A DNA stretch of 64,000 nt, from positions 32,001 to 96,000 of the IMG/VR virus record IMGVR_UViG_3300031772_000003. One strand, given 5' to 3'. Shown one piece after another: positions 9,117 through 18,902 of this stretch. The number at the start of each line of letters is the position of its first letter. Position 1 is the first letter of the stretch. This DNA comes from a virus. Under the pieces are notes generated by a model. The model was given only the letters and a program-made list of their open reading frames with translations. It was not told the DNA's origin and did not search any database. Both the position numbers and the translations under genes were made by a program.

Positions 9117-9857
9117 CTAAGCTCCTGTAGGATGCGTGTCGAACCCGTGGGCCTCGGGGGCGTAGCCCTCGATCTTGGTGTCACTCTCCAACTTGGCGAG
9201 TGTGGCCCCCTTGCCCGTCAGTGTCGCTGCCGCGTCCAGAACGATGTCCGTGCCCGTGAGGGTCAGCGACTCCTGGGCCTCGATCACGATGTCCTTGCCT
9301 TTCAGGGTCAGGGTCTTGTCTTCGCTCCCGACGATGACTTCCCAGTCTTTGCCCCACAGCTTCACATGCTTCTGGTCTTTGTTGAACTCCAAGTAGTATT
9401 TGTCCTTCTCCCATACCAGTTCCAGCTTCTTCTCGTGGAGGCGCAGCCACACCCCCTCGACGCCGGGCACGGGGAAGCGGAGGCACCAAATCTTGGGGTA
9501 GGGCTCGCCCATGTCGCTGATGCACTCCTGGCCTAGTTCCGGTGTCCCGTCCTTCTCGCCGAAACACTGCCCGATCCAGATGGGGCTGTTGGGATCGCCC
9601 TGCTCGAACTCGACCCAGACTTCTGTGCCCACGGCAGGGACGGCGAAGAAACCGTAGGCAGTACCATCAGATCTGCCGCCCCCAACGGCAAAGCAAGGCC
9701 AAGCCCAGGGAAGCTCATCATCCTTCACGTCCTTGCCGTAGACCTGATCGACACGGGCCCTGATGCGGCCCATGTGGGGGTGCTTCGTTTCGCTGTCGTT
9801 GTTCTTGACGACGATGCCACGATAAGGGCCGTAGTAGCGCCCGGGGCTCTCGGTCAT
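9117..9857 (-). CDS. Baseplate spike / assembly protein V (gp5/VgrG OB-fold)
   Basis: YRGIVV.N.D...MGRIRARV..V.G...LPWAWPC...VPAVGTEVWVEFEQGDPNSPIWIG. Confidence 0.9.
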   Translation of the reverse strand: MTESPGRYYGPYRGIVVKNNDSETKHPHMGRIRARVDQVYGKDVKDDELPWAWPCFAVGGGRSDGTAYGFFAVPAVGTEVWVEFEQGDPNSPIWIGQCFGEKDGTPELGQECISDMGEPYPKIWCLRFPVPGVEGVWLRLHEKKLELVWEKDKYYLEFNKDQKHVKLWGKDWEVIVGSEDKTLTLKGKDIVIEAQESLTLTGTDIVLDAAATLTGKGATLAKLESDTKIEGYAPEAHGFDTHPTGA

Positions 9858-10963
9858 GACATGGTCCTCCGCTCCAGGTACAGTACGGTCTTGTAGCTCG
9901 TGGGCCTAATGAGGTGGCGGATTGCGTAGACGAAATAGCGGCCCCCCAAGAAGTGATCACGGCCCTGCGAATCCTTGACCTCCAGCGACACTATGGATGC
10001 GACTTCCGCCTCGGGAAGGGGCAGGACCCGCAGGGCCACTCTGAAGAGGCCGTGGAGTTCGCGGCTCCACGTCGATTTCGCTCGGTTCCCCACGTCTTGG
10101 TTGCGGAACGCATCGGGGTGTGGCTCGACCACGGAGAGAACCGTTGACGGTTTGTCCGGGGCGGGCAGGGTCCTGCTGGCCAAGTGGGTGTAGGTCACGG
10201 AGTTGTCATCGGCCTTCCAGAATACTGGCACCTTCTTGAGGGGATCGAATCCTCGGGCGGCGGTGGACAGCGACCCGTCCAAGGGGAGATAGAGCCGGCG
10301 GTAATCGATGCGAAGCGCGGCGACATCCGTGGGATTCTGCTGGCCCGTTGTAGGGGCGAGCCGGAACGTATAAGCAGCCTCACCTAGTTCCGGGGGCTTG
10401 AATACGAGGGTATCCCCATTGGAGACGTAGAGGTAGAAATCGGCGCGGCCTGTGGCCGACACGGCTCGCGGAAGGAGTTCGTGCCGCAGGAATGCTCCAT
10501 CATCCAGGGTACAGGTGTAGAGCGTCCACTTCCCCTCCGTTTCCTCCACGTCGGGCTTGAGATTAGCATTCTTGGCAATCTTGCGGACCATCTCAGCGAT
10601 GGTCGTGTCCACGAAGGCGCGCTCGGAGCAGGTTTCTCGGAGCCTGATTCCGGTGTCCGTGGCTTGGACACTGGCCCGTAATGAGCCGTAGCGGTAGTGG
10701 AACCTGCCACCATTCACGAGTACGGTCCGCCACTGCCCCCAATGGTCTTGGTTGCCGGCGGTGTAGCCCCACCGCAGTTTGCATGGGGTCTTCGCCCCAT
10801 CTTGGATCACGCCGTCCCAGCCTTCCCACCGGTCCGTCGTGGTCGAGAGGGCCCAAGCGGCGCAGCCGTAGACGCTCTCGAAGTAGGTGAAACTGTGGAA
10901 GCCCTTTTCCACTTCGAGGTCTTCGCCGCCGGCCATGAGTGTGACGCGGGGACTAATGATCAT
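9854..10963 (-). CDS. Baseplate hub (gp27/gpD-like); start revised to ATG 10963
   Basis: Lies between the LysM-like and spike genes; WGY motif and GRYFV.AIRH C-terminus; ATGA overlap with the upstream stop. Confidence 0.7.
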   Translation of the reverse strand: MIISPRVTLMAGGEDLEVEKGFHSFTYFESVYGCAAWALSTTTDRWEGWDGVIQDGAKTPCKLRWGYTAGNQDHWGQWRTVLVNGGRFHYRYGSLRASVQATDTGIRLRETCSERAFVDTTIAEMVRKIAKNANLKPDVEETEGKWTLYTCTLDDGAFLRHELLPRAVSATGRADFYLYVSNGDTLVFKPPELGEAAYTFRLAPTTGQQNPTDVAALRIDYRRLYLPLDGSLSTAARGFDPLKKVPVFWKADDNSVTYTHLASRTLPAPDKPSTVLSVVEPHPDAFRNQDVGNRAKSTWSRELHGLFRVALRVLPLPEAEVASIVSLEVKDSQGRDHFLGGRYFVYAIRHLIRPTSYKTVLYLERRTMS

Positions 10964-11316
10964 CGCTCGGGCAGGCCGCGGACGAAGGCCGCAGCCACCT
11001 CCTTGGGATCGGGGATTAAGAGCGTTTGCCCCACCGCGAGGTCGGTGAGGGGGTTCTTGATCCCGTTGATTCTCGCAATGACCCACCACATCGTGCAGTC
11101 CCGGTAGTGGTCCCACGCGATGAGGTCGATGCAGCCGATGTCGCTTTGGCGCACGACATGGCGCTTCGCCCCCGTGAGCCTGATCTGGGGGATCTTCCAG
11201 AGCCCGAGGCATTGCCGCCCCGGGGCGATGCGGGTATCGGTGTGGAGCTTGGTCAAGGCGTAGCGGCCCGCATTGGCCCTAACCGACTCCAGTGTGGGAT
11301 CGTTGAGTTCTGCCAT
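10960..11316 (-). CDS. LysM-like / gp53-like baseplate protein; start revised to ATG 11316
   Basis: IDLIAWDHY.D..MWWVIARINGIKNP.TDL.VGQTLLIP; GAGGAG RBS upstream. Confidence 0.85.
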   Translation of the reverse strand: MAELNDPTLESVRANAGRYALTKLHTDTRIAPGRQCLGLWKIPQIRLTGAKRHVVRQSDIGCIDLIAWDHYRDCTMWWVIARINGIKNPLTDLAVGQTLLIPDPKEVAAAFVRGLPER

Positions 11317-11326
11317 ACCATTCTCC

Positions 11327-11917
11327 TCACCCGCCAGCAGCACGCGCGGTGCTGGATGGGCTACTTGTGAATCCGGGGTGCTCTCCGAACTTCCAGGGCC
11401 TGCACGGCAGCCTGGAAGCATCCGCGGCAGCATCCGCGTCCCGTCCGTAATGCGGGGTTAGCACGAGGGTAACCGTGGCCCGCAGCGGCATGCCGGTAAT
11501 GATGTCCCATGGGTACTCGAACTTGACTTTGATGGTCTTGACGATGTTGTCTCTGGAGAACCAACATACACCACCGCTACCCTCCACGCGCATGTTTACG
11601 ATCCCCACCTGCTTCATCCCCCTCACAGGGAGAGCCAAATCGTACAGGCACTCGATGATCTGGATCAGGTGTTGGGGTTCGGAGATCGACTCCGACGCCC
11701 CAACGGCGAGTTTAAGCTCCAGGGTGATGTCATCGACATGACCACCTTGGTACAGAACCTGCACATAGTGGGTCGAGCGGATACCTTCCACCGACTCGAG
11801 CTTATTCTCATATCCATCCTCGAACCCATCCTGGAGGGCGAAGACCAGGTACGGTTCCCCAATTGGGCCTCCAATCGCGGAGAGGCGGATCGTGGCGGGG
11901 GCGGATGGCTTCTCCAT
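11327..11917 (-). CDS. Tail tube initiator / baseplate hub-associated protein
   Basis: Lies between the tape measure and LysM genes; beta-rich, ending IKVKFE.PWD..TGMPLRATVTLVL. Confidence 0.6.
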   Translation of the reverse strand: MEKPSAPATIRLSAIGGPIGEPYLVFALQDGFEDGYENKLESVEGIRSTHYVQVLYQGGHVDDITLELKLAVGASESISEPQHLIQIIECLYDLALPVRGMKQVGIVNMRVEGSGGVCWFSRDNIVKTIKVKFEYPWDIITGMPLRATVTLVLTPHYGRDADAAADASRLPCRPWKFGEHPGFTSSPSSTARAAGG

Positions 11918-14046
11918 TAAGCGAAAGTCCCCAAATGGATGAGGTGGCTGGACACGTCCGCCTCCTCCTCATCCTGCTGAGTGATACGGGTAGCGTACTT
12001 GTCGATCTTGCTGCCGATCCCGCTGAGTACGCGCGTCACGGGATCGATGGCATCCCCCATAGCCTGGGCAACAAGCGTTGGTTTGGCCATGGTGGGCATA
12101 GCCGCTGCTCTAGGCACAGCGAGGATGCTGGGTTTCCCAGCAGGCCCCGCGGGCCCTGCCTCTCCATGCGCACCGCCTCCCTTTGGAAAGGAAATCACGG
12201 GCGGGGGGGCGGGAGAGACTGGGGTTAGGGAATGGCCTGCCTCCCGTCCTGGAGCAGAGGAGACAGGGGTGCTACCTCGCGCAGCACCTGCTTCTCTGGG
12301 GGGCCCGGGCAGAAGGACAGGACTAAAGAGGCCCCTTAACCCCGCCGCAACGGTCCTACCTGGTGCAGCAAGCCAGGACATTGCTTCCCCAGCCGCACGA
12401 ATTGCCCCAGCCAAGTTTTCCCATGCGGCGGCAAGTGCTTGAACCAATGGGACCAGTGGAGTGAGAAGGCGCTGCAGCTTTGGGTTGATGAGGCGCAGCA
12501 AGCCGCCGAATGCCGCTACGAGTCCCACTAGTGCCGTGATAAGCAGTCCGATCGCCCCAATGAAGGCGAAGATCGGGTTGGCCCACATCGCCACATTGAG
12601 CAGCCATTGAACCGCTGTCCATATAAGGATTCCTGCTGCGATTAGCGTTAGGATAGGCGGCATATACTTCAGGATTGCGACGAACGCTGCTAAGATTCCG
12701 AGACTGGCCCATATCGGGTTGGCCCACATCGCTGTGTTGAGCAGCCACTGTGCCGCCACCAATACGATGAATCCACCTACGACAAGTTTCAGGGCCAACG
12801 GCAACTTGCTCAGAAACATCAGGAAAGCCAGCCCGACCACGGCGGCGCGCCACCACGGGCTTGCTGCCGTCGCCGTATTAAGGGCCCACTGCGCCGTTGC
12901 TAGAAAGAGGAGTCCCGTAGCAACGGCAGGGATGACACCCTTGCCTCGGATGAGCCAATCAATCACCCCACTAAGCCACGTCACCATGGGCCTGAGAGCG
13001 TTCACCACGGGCAGGAGAGCATCGTGAAGCGCCGGGATCAAAGTATAGATCAATGGACGCAACGCATTGACGAGAGTCAGCAGCGCATCTTGAAGGGGTA
13101 TGAATAAAGGCATGATGGCATTCTTGAGAACGGTGAACACAGGCATCAGGGCCTCTGCGAGCAAGCGCATCGGAGCTATTGTTTGGAGCAGCGGCATGAG
13201 ACCTGTTTTGAGAGCAGTTAGCCAACCAAGTTCCTTTGGTGCGCCAGCACCGGGACCCGCCACTACTGGTGCGCCAGCACCGGGACCCGCCACTACTGGT
13301 GCGCCAGCACCGGGACCCGCCACTACTGGTGCGCCAGCACCGGGACCCGCCACTATGGGCTCGCGGGGCATCTCTGCCTCCAGTAGTCCCCTGATCTTTA
13401 CCTGTTTCTCTTTCTTGCTCAGTCCCGCCATCGAGGTATCGAATGCCTGCTGCACGGCAGGAAGCATTGCCCGGTTCATTATGCCGAGGAGGGCCATTGC
13501 GTAATCAGGTCCCGCCTGAACCGCGCTTTCGATAAGTACGGCCCGCATGCTGGCGCTGAGGTTTTCGGGGCCAACCTCATACACCATGTCACCCACCTTC
13601 GCCATGAAATCCCTGACCCCCATGTCGGCGAGGTGCCGGGTCAAGTCACGGGCCGTATGTCCCGTGGCAAGTATGGCCTCTTGAGCCAGCATGAGATCGC
13701 GGGCCAACTCCTTGGGGGATGACCCGGCGGCGAATGCTTCTATCTTGACCCGCCCCATTGTGTCTACGACCCGATCTAACTCCGAGGTCATGGCTCCCAC
13801 ATAGGCAGGCCCCCTGCGCGTAAGTCCCTGCCAGAAACCTTGCCCGAAGTTCTGGGCTGCCGCTGTGAGGGTCTTGAAGGTCGTTGTGATATGGCCCGTT
13901 GCAGGAGGGAGACTGAGGGCGGCCTGCTGCATCGCCCACATGCCGGCCTCGAAACCGCGGGACATGGTCCTGATGGGAGCGGAGACGTTGTCCCGGAGCG
14001 CCGCGATCCATTGGAAGACGCGGGTAGTTGTCCCTGGAGCGGCCAT
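11917..14046 (-). CDS. Tape measure protein
   Basis: Follows the tail chaperones; Ala/Leu-rich helical sequence with repeated AQW(A/L)LN.AM.ANP units and hydrophobic segments. Confidence 0.8.
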   Translation of the reverse strand: MAAPGTTTRVFQWIAALRDNVSAPIRTMSRGFEAGMWAMQQAALSLPPATGHITTTFKTLTAAAQNFGQGFWQGLTRRGPAYVGAMTSELDRVVDTMGRVKIEAFAAGSSPKELARDLMLAQEAILATGHTARDLTRHLADMGVRDFMAKVGDMVYEVGPENLSASMRAVLIESAVQAGPDYAMALLGIMNRAMLPAVQQAFDTSMAGLSKKEKQVKIRGLLEAEMPREPIVAGPGAGAPVVAGPGAGAPVVAGPGAGAPVVAGPGAGAPKELGWLTALKTGLMPLLQTIAPMRLLAEALMPVFTVLKNAIMPLFIPLQDALLTLVNALRPLIYTLIPALHDALLPVVNALRPMVTWLSGVIDWLIRGKGVIPAVATGLLFLATAQWALNTATAASPWWRAAVVGLAFLMFLSKLPLALKLVVGGFIVLVAAQWLLNTAMWANPIWASLGILAAFVAILKYMPPILTLIAAGILIWTAVQWLLNVAMWANPIFAFIGAIGLLITALVGLVAAFGGLLRLINPKLQRLLTPLVPLVQALAAAWENLAGAIRAAGEAMSWLAAPGRTVAAGLRGLFSPVLLPGPPREAGAARGSTPVSSAPGREAGHSLTPVSPAPPPVISFPKGGGAHGEAGPAGPAGKPSILAVPRAAAMPTMAKPTLVAQAMGDAIDPVTRVLSGIGSKIDKYATRITQQDEEEADVSSHLIHLGTFA
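13238..13355. repeat. 30-bp tandem repeat, about 3.9 copies, encoding (VVAGPGAGAP)n
   Basis: ggtgcgccagcaccgggacccgccactact repeated exactly. Confidence 0.95.
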
Positions 14047-14055
14047 TGGAGTGCC

Positions 14056-14328
14056 TCAACTGATACGGGCCCGGCCCAGCAGACCTTGGGGCAGCGCACC
14101 GCCCTCATCGCCTTGGCCCCGCTGTTCCATCTCCACGTTCTCATTGAGGCACCGCACGTGGCGCTGCCTCTCCGTGGGACTCATCCGGCCCGATGCGTCG
14201 AGCCCGACGCCGCCGTGCCTGGAAAGGATTAGCTGTTCTTTGGTCACGTTATCCAGGCGCTCGCGGGCGGCTTGCTGGTCCTCGGCGCTATCCCCCGGGG
14301 TGAGATCGTGGACAAAAGAACTCGTCCG
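14056..14328 (-). CDS. Second tail assembly chaperone frame (gpGT-like C-terminal part; probably reached by frameshift, or from GTG 14247)
   Basis: Frame is open from 14328, overlaps the end of the upstream chaperone and lies directly before the tape measure gene. Confidence 0.5.
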   Translation of the reverse strand, partial: RTSSFVHDLTPGDSAEDQQAARERLDNVTKEQLILSRHGGVGLDASGRMSPTERQRHVRCLNENVEMEQRGQGDEGGALPQGLLGRARIS

Positions 14329-15079
14329 TCAGGGGCACCTCCGCTCGCCACTCGAATCCGCATGTGGGACACACCGCTTGGAGAGCCAAGTCGACGCCGC
14401 AGTGGTTGGCATCAATGGTCTGCTGGAGCACCCGGGAATCCCTGCCATGTAGGGGTGGGCGCTCCAGGAATCTCTGGGCTTTGACCCCGTCGACTTTCTC
14501 ACCGTCGATACTGGCGATAGTGAGGGAGAGGGAGTAGAGGTACGACGGATCGCCATTGTCGGCCTCATTGGCATTGATGCTGCCGCGCTGCCTCATGAAG
14601 CGGCGGACCGCGATCTCATCGGTCCCGCGCAGGTGCCGAAGCTCCAACTCCCTGCCGCATACGGGGAGCTTGACCTTGAAGGTCTCGGCGTCCTCATCGG
14701 TGAGTTCCCTGACTTCGAGATCGCGTTTGAGATCGGCCCGATGCGTCGATGTCTTGCCGCATTGCCGGCACTGGAGCGGGAATTGGTACTCGGGCCATAA
14801 GGTGATGCAGCGCAGGGCCAGCAGCATGAACGCCTTGTCCCCGACCAGATACTGATCGAGGGGCAGGGTGTGGGTGAGCAGGCACGCATTGAGGACGCGG
14901 TCGACGACCTCCTCCCGGTTCCTACGGGTGGTGAGGAGCAGTTTCTCCTCGTCCGTGGACCACGGCCTGACCCAGACCTTGCCCTCGGGGATGGCCCCGG
15001 CGTAGAACCGCCCGCCGCTGGGGAGTGTGATTTCCTCGCTCCCAGCCGGGGGTGCCTCAACCCTGGTTTCGTCCGACAT
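14288..15079 (-). CDS. Tail/baseplate assembly chaperone (T4 gp26-like)
   Basis: LPS.GRFY, VRP.ST.EEK.L, GD..F.LL.LR, two CxxC pairs, VKLP, ends with EFF.P. Confidence 0.75.
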   Translation of the reverse strand: MSDETRVEAPPAGSEEITLPSGGRFYAGAIPEGKVWVRPWSTDEEKLLLTTRRNREEVVDRVLNACLLTHTLPLDQYLVGDKAFMLLALRCITLWPEYQFPLQCRQCGKTSTHRADLKRDLEVRELTDEDAETFKVKLPVCGRELELRHLRGTDEIAVRRFMRQRGSINANEADNGDPSYLYSLSLTIASIDGEKVDGVKAQRFLERPPLHGRDSRVLQQTIDANHCGVDLALQAVCPTCGFEWRAEVPLTDEFFCPRSHPGG

Positions 15080-15126
15080 CTGCTACCTCCTCAGTTGCCT
15101 CCCTGTAGTTCCTACTACTCTATCCA

Positions 15127-15690
15127 TCAGGCTGGGTAGGCCGATACCCAATTACTCTCGGCCCTATAGAACCGGTCACACTGAATCGTCAACTCCATGG
15201 TCATCGCCGCCGCGGTGGTCATGTCACCCTTACCGGGAGAGAACTTCATGGGCCACACCCCCCGGAGGGTCCACGGACGCCAGTTGGCCCCCGCCGGCCC
15301 CATCTTGAGCAGGGTTGCCGAGTCAACCTTGTAGTCCTTGGCCAGTCCCATGTTGCCCGTGGTTGGATCGTAGACCTTCTTGACCCAATCCCAGATGATC
15401 TGCTCAGCACTTTCCTCGTCAAGGAAGTCATAGAGGGTGATCTCGATGGGCTCCGTCTTGTGCCGGCCTGCAACGAACACGACCTCATTGACGAACTCGA
15501 TGGGGATTGCCTCGACGTTGAGGGCGGGGAATGCCAGCACCCGAACGGCGCGGCAGAGGATTTCCTCTGATATTCGTTCCCCCACGCCCTTGGGGTTGAG
15601 GCGAAGCATGAATTGGTTGGTGCGCTGGGGCTCATATCTCCCATCAGCGGCTGCGATGAAGCTGGCAGAGGTGTTGCTTACGACAGGCAT
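15127..15690 (-). CDS. Tail tube protein (T4 gp19-like)
   Basis: YEPQRTNQF, IWDW...VYDPTTG.MGLAKDYK, W.L.GVWP; follows the sheath gene. Confidence 0.9.
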   Translation of the reverse strand: MPVVSNTSASFIAAADGRYEPQRTNQFMLRLNPKGVGERISEEILCRAVRVLAFPALNVEAIPIEFVNEVVFVAGRHKTEPIEITLYDFLDEESAEQIIWDWVKKVYDPTTGNMGLAKDYKVDSATLLKMGPAGANWRPWTLRGVWPMKFSPGKGDMTTAAAMTMELTIQCDRFYRAESNWVSAYPA

Positions 15691-15716
15691 TGCGGCTCTC
15701 CTTGAGAAGTAGGACT

Positions 15717-17252
15717 TTACTGGATACCCGCGAACTCCTCGAACTGGGCCGCGGCACTGAGCAGCACGTAGTTGACGATGATCTTCTCGGCCCCCTTCTG
15801 AGGCTTGATCAGGACGTTGCCGATCATCTCGGAGCGGTCCCTGGCATCGGGGGTGTTGGTGGTCTCGTCGCAGATGACCCGGTAGTCCTCGATGCCACGC
15901 CGGCGCAAGATCATCTCACAGACAGGCTCTACCATGCGGATGAACCGCAGCCAGGTGAACCTGTCATCTGGTTCATGAACGAGATACCTGACCGAGGTGG
16001 CGATGGACTTTTCGAGGTACAGGAGCATGCGGCGGACGTTCACGCGATCCAGGGCAGTCGAGGCCCTGGCGAGTGTCTGCTGGCCCCACACCGCGGGACC
16101 AATCCCTGTGAAGTTGACGATGGGATTGACGCAGTTGCCCCCGCCGAGCATGTAATCCCGGTCGCCTTGGTTCGGTGAGTACCGCACGTCCAGCACGTCG
16201 GTGAGCATGCCGCGATTGAGGCCCGCTGGATTGAACCAGGGATCAGCGATATAGTCGGTATAAGCATACACGCCCGCTACGTGCCCGCTCGGCGGAATCC
16301 ACACGTCGGCATCGGCGTAGCCGTCGTGGACTTGAACCCAGGGGTGATAGGTCGCGGCGTAGCTGCTGTTGAGGGCTACGGCTGGACCGCCAGCGTACAC
16401 GCCGTTGTGCCAGTCCACCACCTCCTGGACCGTGAGGTAGTCTGGCGGATCGATCAGGGACATGCAATCGGCACGGGTAGCCGCAATGTCAATGAGTTCC
16501 GTGACCACACTGGGATCGCTCTGGCCCGGTGCGGCGAGGAGATTGATGTCGATGGTCTCGGACTGCCGGAAGATTTGGAGGCCCGTGGGTGGAATGAGTG
16601 GGGGGCTGCCGCCGGCCCCGATGATCTCCGAGGCGCTGACACCGGCCCCATCATCTCCGCCCACGAGTGCGTAGGTGCCGGTCCGGAGCGTCGTTTTCGT
16701 GGTGTCGGGCGCGACCGAGACGTAAGAGCTACCCGGGTACTTGTACGTGGTGTCCCCGTTGATCCACTTGCCGACGTAGTTGCGGTCACTCACGTAAGCG
16801 GCACCAACCCTGATCTGATCGTAGACCTCGGCCACGGCCCCTTGGTCCGTGATCACGATGCGGTAGGCCCCCGATACCACGGATGCCGAGATGACGATCT
16901 GCACCGTGTTGGCCCACGACCCCGAAGTGTCCGCGGTAAAGGCCAAGGCGGTGCCGGTGAGGCCGGCATCCTGCACCACGACCGAAGCGGCGGCGTCGTA
17001 GTGGGCAACCCTGACGACCTTCAGTTGCGTGCCCTTTCGGAGGTAGCGGATCGCGGAGAGGCCGCCGAGATGGGCCAGCGAGGGCTTGCCGAAGGTCCGG
17101 ACGTAGCTGGGCTCATCGGTGATCAGCGTCATCGCGTTCACCGGACCCTTCGCAGCCGTAGTGACGATGCCAAAGCTGGACGTAGAGAGCATGCGGACGT
17201 AGTTGCTGTAGTCCAGCTCGCGCCAGTACGCACCAGGGGAGAGAACGATCAT
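15717..17252 (-). CDS. Contractile tail sheath protein (gp18-like)
   Basis: LSPGAY..E.D.S, KGP, PPSGHVAGV, WFNPAGLNRG, VNPI, VWGQQTL...SALDRVNVRR. Confidence 0.95.
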   Translation of the reverse strand: MIVLSPGAYWRELDYSNYVRMLSTSSFGIVTTAAKGPVNAMTLITDEPSYVRTFGKPSLAHLGGLSAIRYLRKGTQLKVVRVAHYDAAASVVVQDAGLTGTALAFTADTSGSWANTVQIVISASVVSGAYRIVITDQGAVAEVYDQIRVGAAYVSDRNYVGKWINGDTTYKYPGSSYVSVAPDTTKTTLRTGTYALVGGDDGAGVSASEIIGAGGSPPLIPPTGLQIFRQSETIDINLLAAPGQSDPSVVTELIDIAATRADCMSLIDPPDYLTVQEVVDWHNGVYAGGPAVALNSSYAATYHPWVQVHDGYADADVWIPPSGHVAGVYAYTDYIADPWFNPAGLNRGMLTDVLDVRYSPNQGDRDYMLGGGNCVNPIVNFTGIGPAVWGQQTLARASTALDRVNVRRMLLYLEKSIATSVRYLVHEPDDRFTWLRFIRMVEPVCEMILRRRGIEDYRVICDETTNTPDARDRSEMIGNVLIKPQKGAEKIIVNYVLLSAAAQFEEFAGIQ

Positions 17253-17266
17253 GTGAAGCTCCTAAG

Positions 17267-18031
17267 CTACGGTCCTGGAGTAACGACGGTAGTGGTTTCA
17301 GTCACTTCAACGGTCTCGAACAGGCCGCCCTCCTCACCAGCGGCGGTAAGTTCGTGGACCGGTATCGTGATCTTCTCGACAATCGGCACCTCGACCTGCG
17401 GACGCGCGATCCACCCTTCCATCTGGAACGACAGCATCCATCGCAACTGCCGCTGGTCCGTGGGGTGTTCCAACACCGAAAGGTCACGATTCTCCATCAG
17501 TTGCGTGAAGACGCGCAGCGTCCCGTAGGGGAAGGGATGCTCTACCCGAATGAAGGTGCTCCAGCCCTCGGTCATGGCCAGCAGAAGCTGGTTTGCTAGG
17601 GCTTGTAGCTCCTCCAGGTTTCGGCCCCAGAGATCGACTTGGTACGTCAGGTTCACGGCTTGGGGCCACGGGGCTCCGATGTAACGGTTGGTGTCGACGT
17701 TGCGATAGAGCCGGGAGTGGCCGCAGATCGCGTATCGGGTATGGTCGAGGGCCAAGCCCGTTCTGGAAATCGAGCCCCAAGGCAAGGGATAGACGAGGCC
17801 CTGTATCGGATGGGCCTGATGATCGGGGAGGGGTTTCCGGGTCCTGCCCGCCAGCTTTTTCTCCAACGCTGCAAAGGCCCGCTCCGGCGTCGCAAAGACG
17901 TACTCGATGGGCTTGCCGTCGTGCAGGGTGTGGGCCCGGACCCAGTCCACGAAGGCTTTGCCATAGTTGCGGTAGAGTTGGACGCCGGTGTCAAGCGACA
18001 CTGTTACGCTCCAAGGAGGCCACGGCCTCAT
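17267..18031 (-). CDS. Tail completion/terminator protein (gp15-like); start uncertain
   Basis: Directly upstream of the sheath gene; VFATPERAF, LP..SISR and P..VNLTYQVDLW motifs. Confidence 0.6.
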   Translation of the reverse strand: MRPWPPWSVTVSLDTGVQLYRNYGKAFVDWVRAHTLHDGKPIEYVFATPERAFAALEKKLAGRTRKPLPDHQAHPIQGLVYPLPWGSISRTGLALDHTRYAICGHSRLYRNVDTNRYIGAPWPQAVNLTYQVDLWGRNLEELQALANQLLLAMTEGWSTFIRVEHPFPYGTLRVFTQLMENRDLSVLEHPTDQRQLRWMLSFQMEGWIARPQVEVPIVEKITIPVHELTAAGEEGGLFETVEVTETTTVVTPGP

Positions 18032-18329
18032 CTAGGTCCAGCAAGCCGCGCTCGCAGGCCCCCACGGCCTCCCCTCGGGTCCAAGGCTCGCGGAGGGTGA
18101 GGGCCTCAAATATGGCACGGAAGCGGCCTAGACGCTCGCAGGCACGCTTCCGGCTCTTCACGCGGCCTCCGGGCCTCATGAGGAGCCGGCTCAACGCCTT
18201 GGCGTGTGCGCGGGCCTCTAGGACCGTTGCGGGAGCCGCGAGACCCAGAGCTTCTCGGCAGGTCCCACCTGACAGATTCCGGACCCATCGGGCGTAAGCG
18301 GCAAGCACACTTGTGGCTGCGGCGCTCAT
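17991..18329 (-). CDS. Hypothetical protein
   Basis: Packed ORF with ATGA overlap at 18326-18329. Confidence 0.45.
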   Translation of the reverse strand: MSAAATSVLAAYARWVRNLSGGTCREALGLAAPATVLEARAHAKALSRLLMRPGGRVKSRKRACERLGRFRAIFEALTLREPWTRGEAVGACERGLLDLDEAVASLERNSVA

Positions 18330-18787
18330 GCGTGTGCCCTCCGCTCGATCCGTTGCGCCACGGATTCCGCCACGGCCCTAGCCAAGCCATCAATGGCCGC
18401 TCCAACCCTGCTTAGGGGACCCCTAGCGGGGACCGTAGAGGTGCCGTACTCCAGGGCCTCGATGATCTCGGGCGGAACGCCGAGCCGACCCATCCTATCG
18501 GCATCCAGAATCACGGCATAACTGCCGTCCTCATCACCGGGCTCGACTCGTATGGAACTCGTGATCGCGGCCGCGGTCTGGGGCAGATGGGCCAAGGCGG
18601 GCCACGCCAGAATGGCGTCGGGGCTGGGCAGCCAGCCCATGAGGGCGAACCGAACCTCCTCGCGGAGGGCCTCGGCGATGGTGAGGCAGGTATCGCGGGG
18701 CAGGGCCCCGCGGGCCGCCTCCACCTCACCCATGAGGTCGTGGAGAATCGCACCGGCGTCAATGCTTGGCACCGAAATAGACAGCAC
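18326..18787 (-). CDS. Putative tail completion protein (HK97 gp10-like)
   Basis: ALEYGTSTVPARGP motif; located in the neck/tail region. Confidence 0.55.
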   Translation of the reverse strand: MLSISVPSIDAGAILHDLMGEVEAARGALPRDTCLTIAEALREEVRFALMGWLPSPDAILAWPALAHLPQTAAAITSSIRVEPGDEDGSYAVILDADRMGRLGVPPEIIEALEYGTSTVPARGPLSRVGAAIDGLARAVAESVAQRIERRAHA

Positions 18788-18902
18788 TGGCAGGCTCCAC
18801 GGGGCCCTGACCGGGGTAAACCGGCGGCTCGCGCCTTGGGTCCCGACACGGTACTATGCGGACGGTTCTATGGATATTCTACTGTGGGGGGAGAGGAGGC
18901 CA

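Noticed and set aside
3434-18031. Stand-alone contractile injection system or tailocin
   Set aside because: Major capsid, prohead protease and neck genes are in the same operon, so this is a phage.
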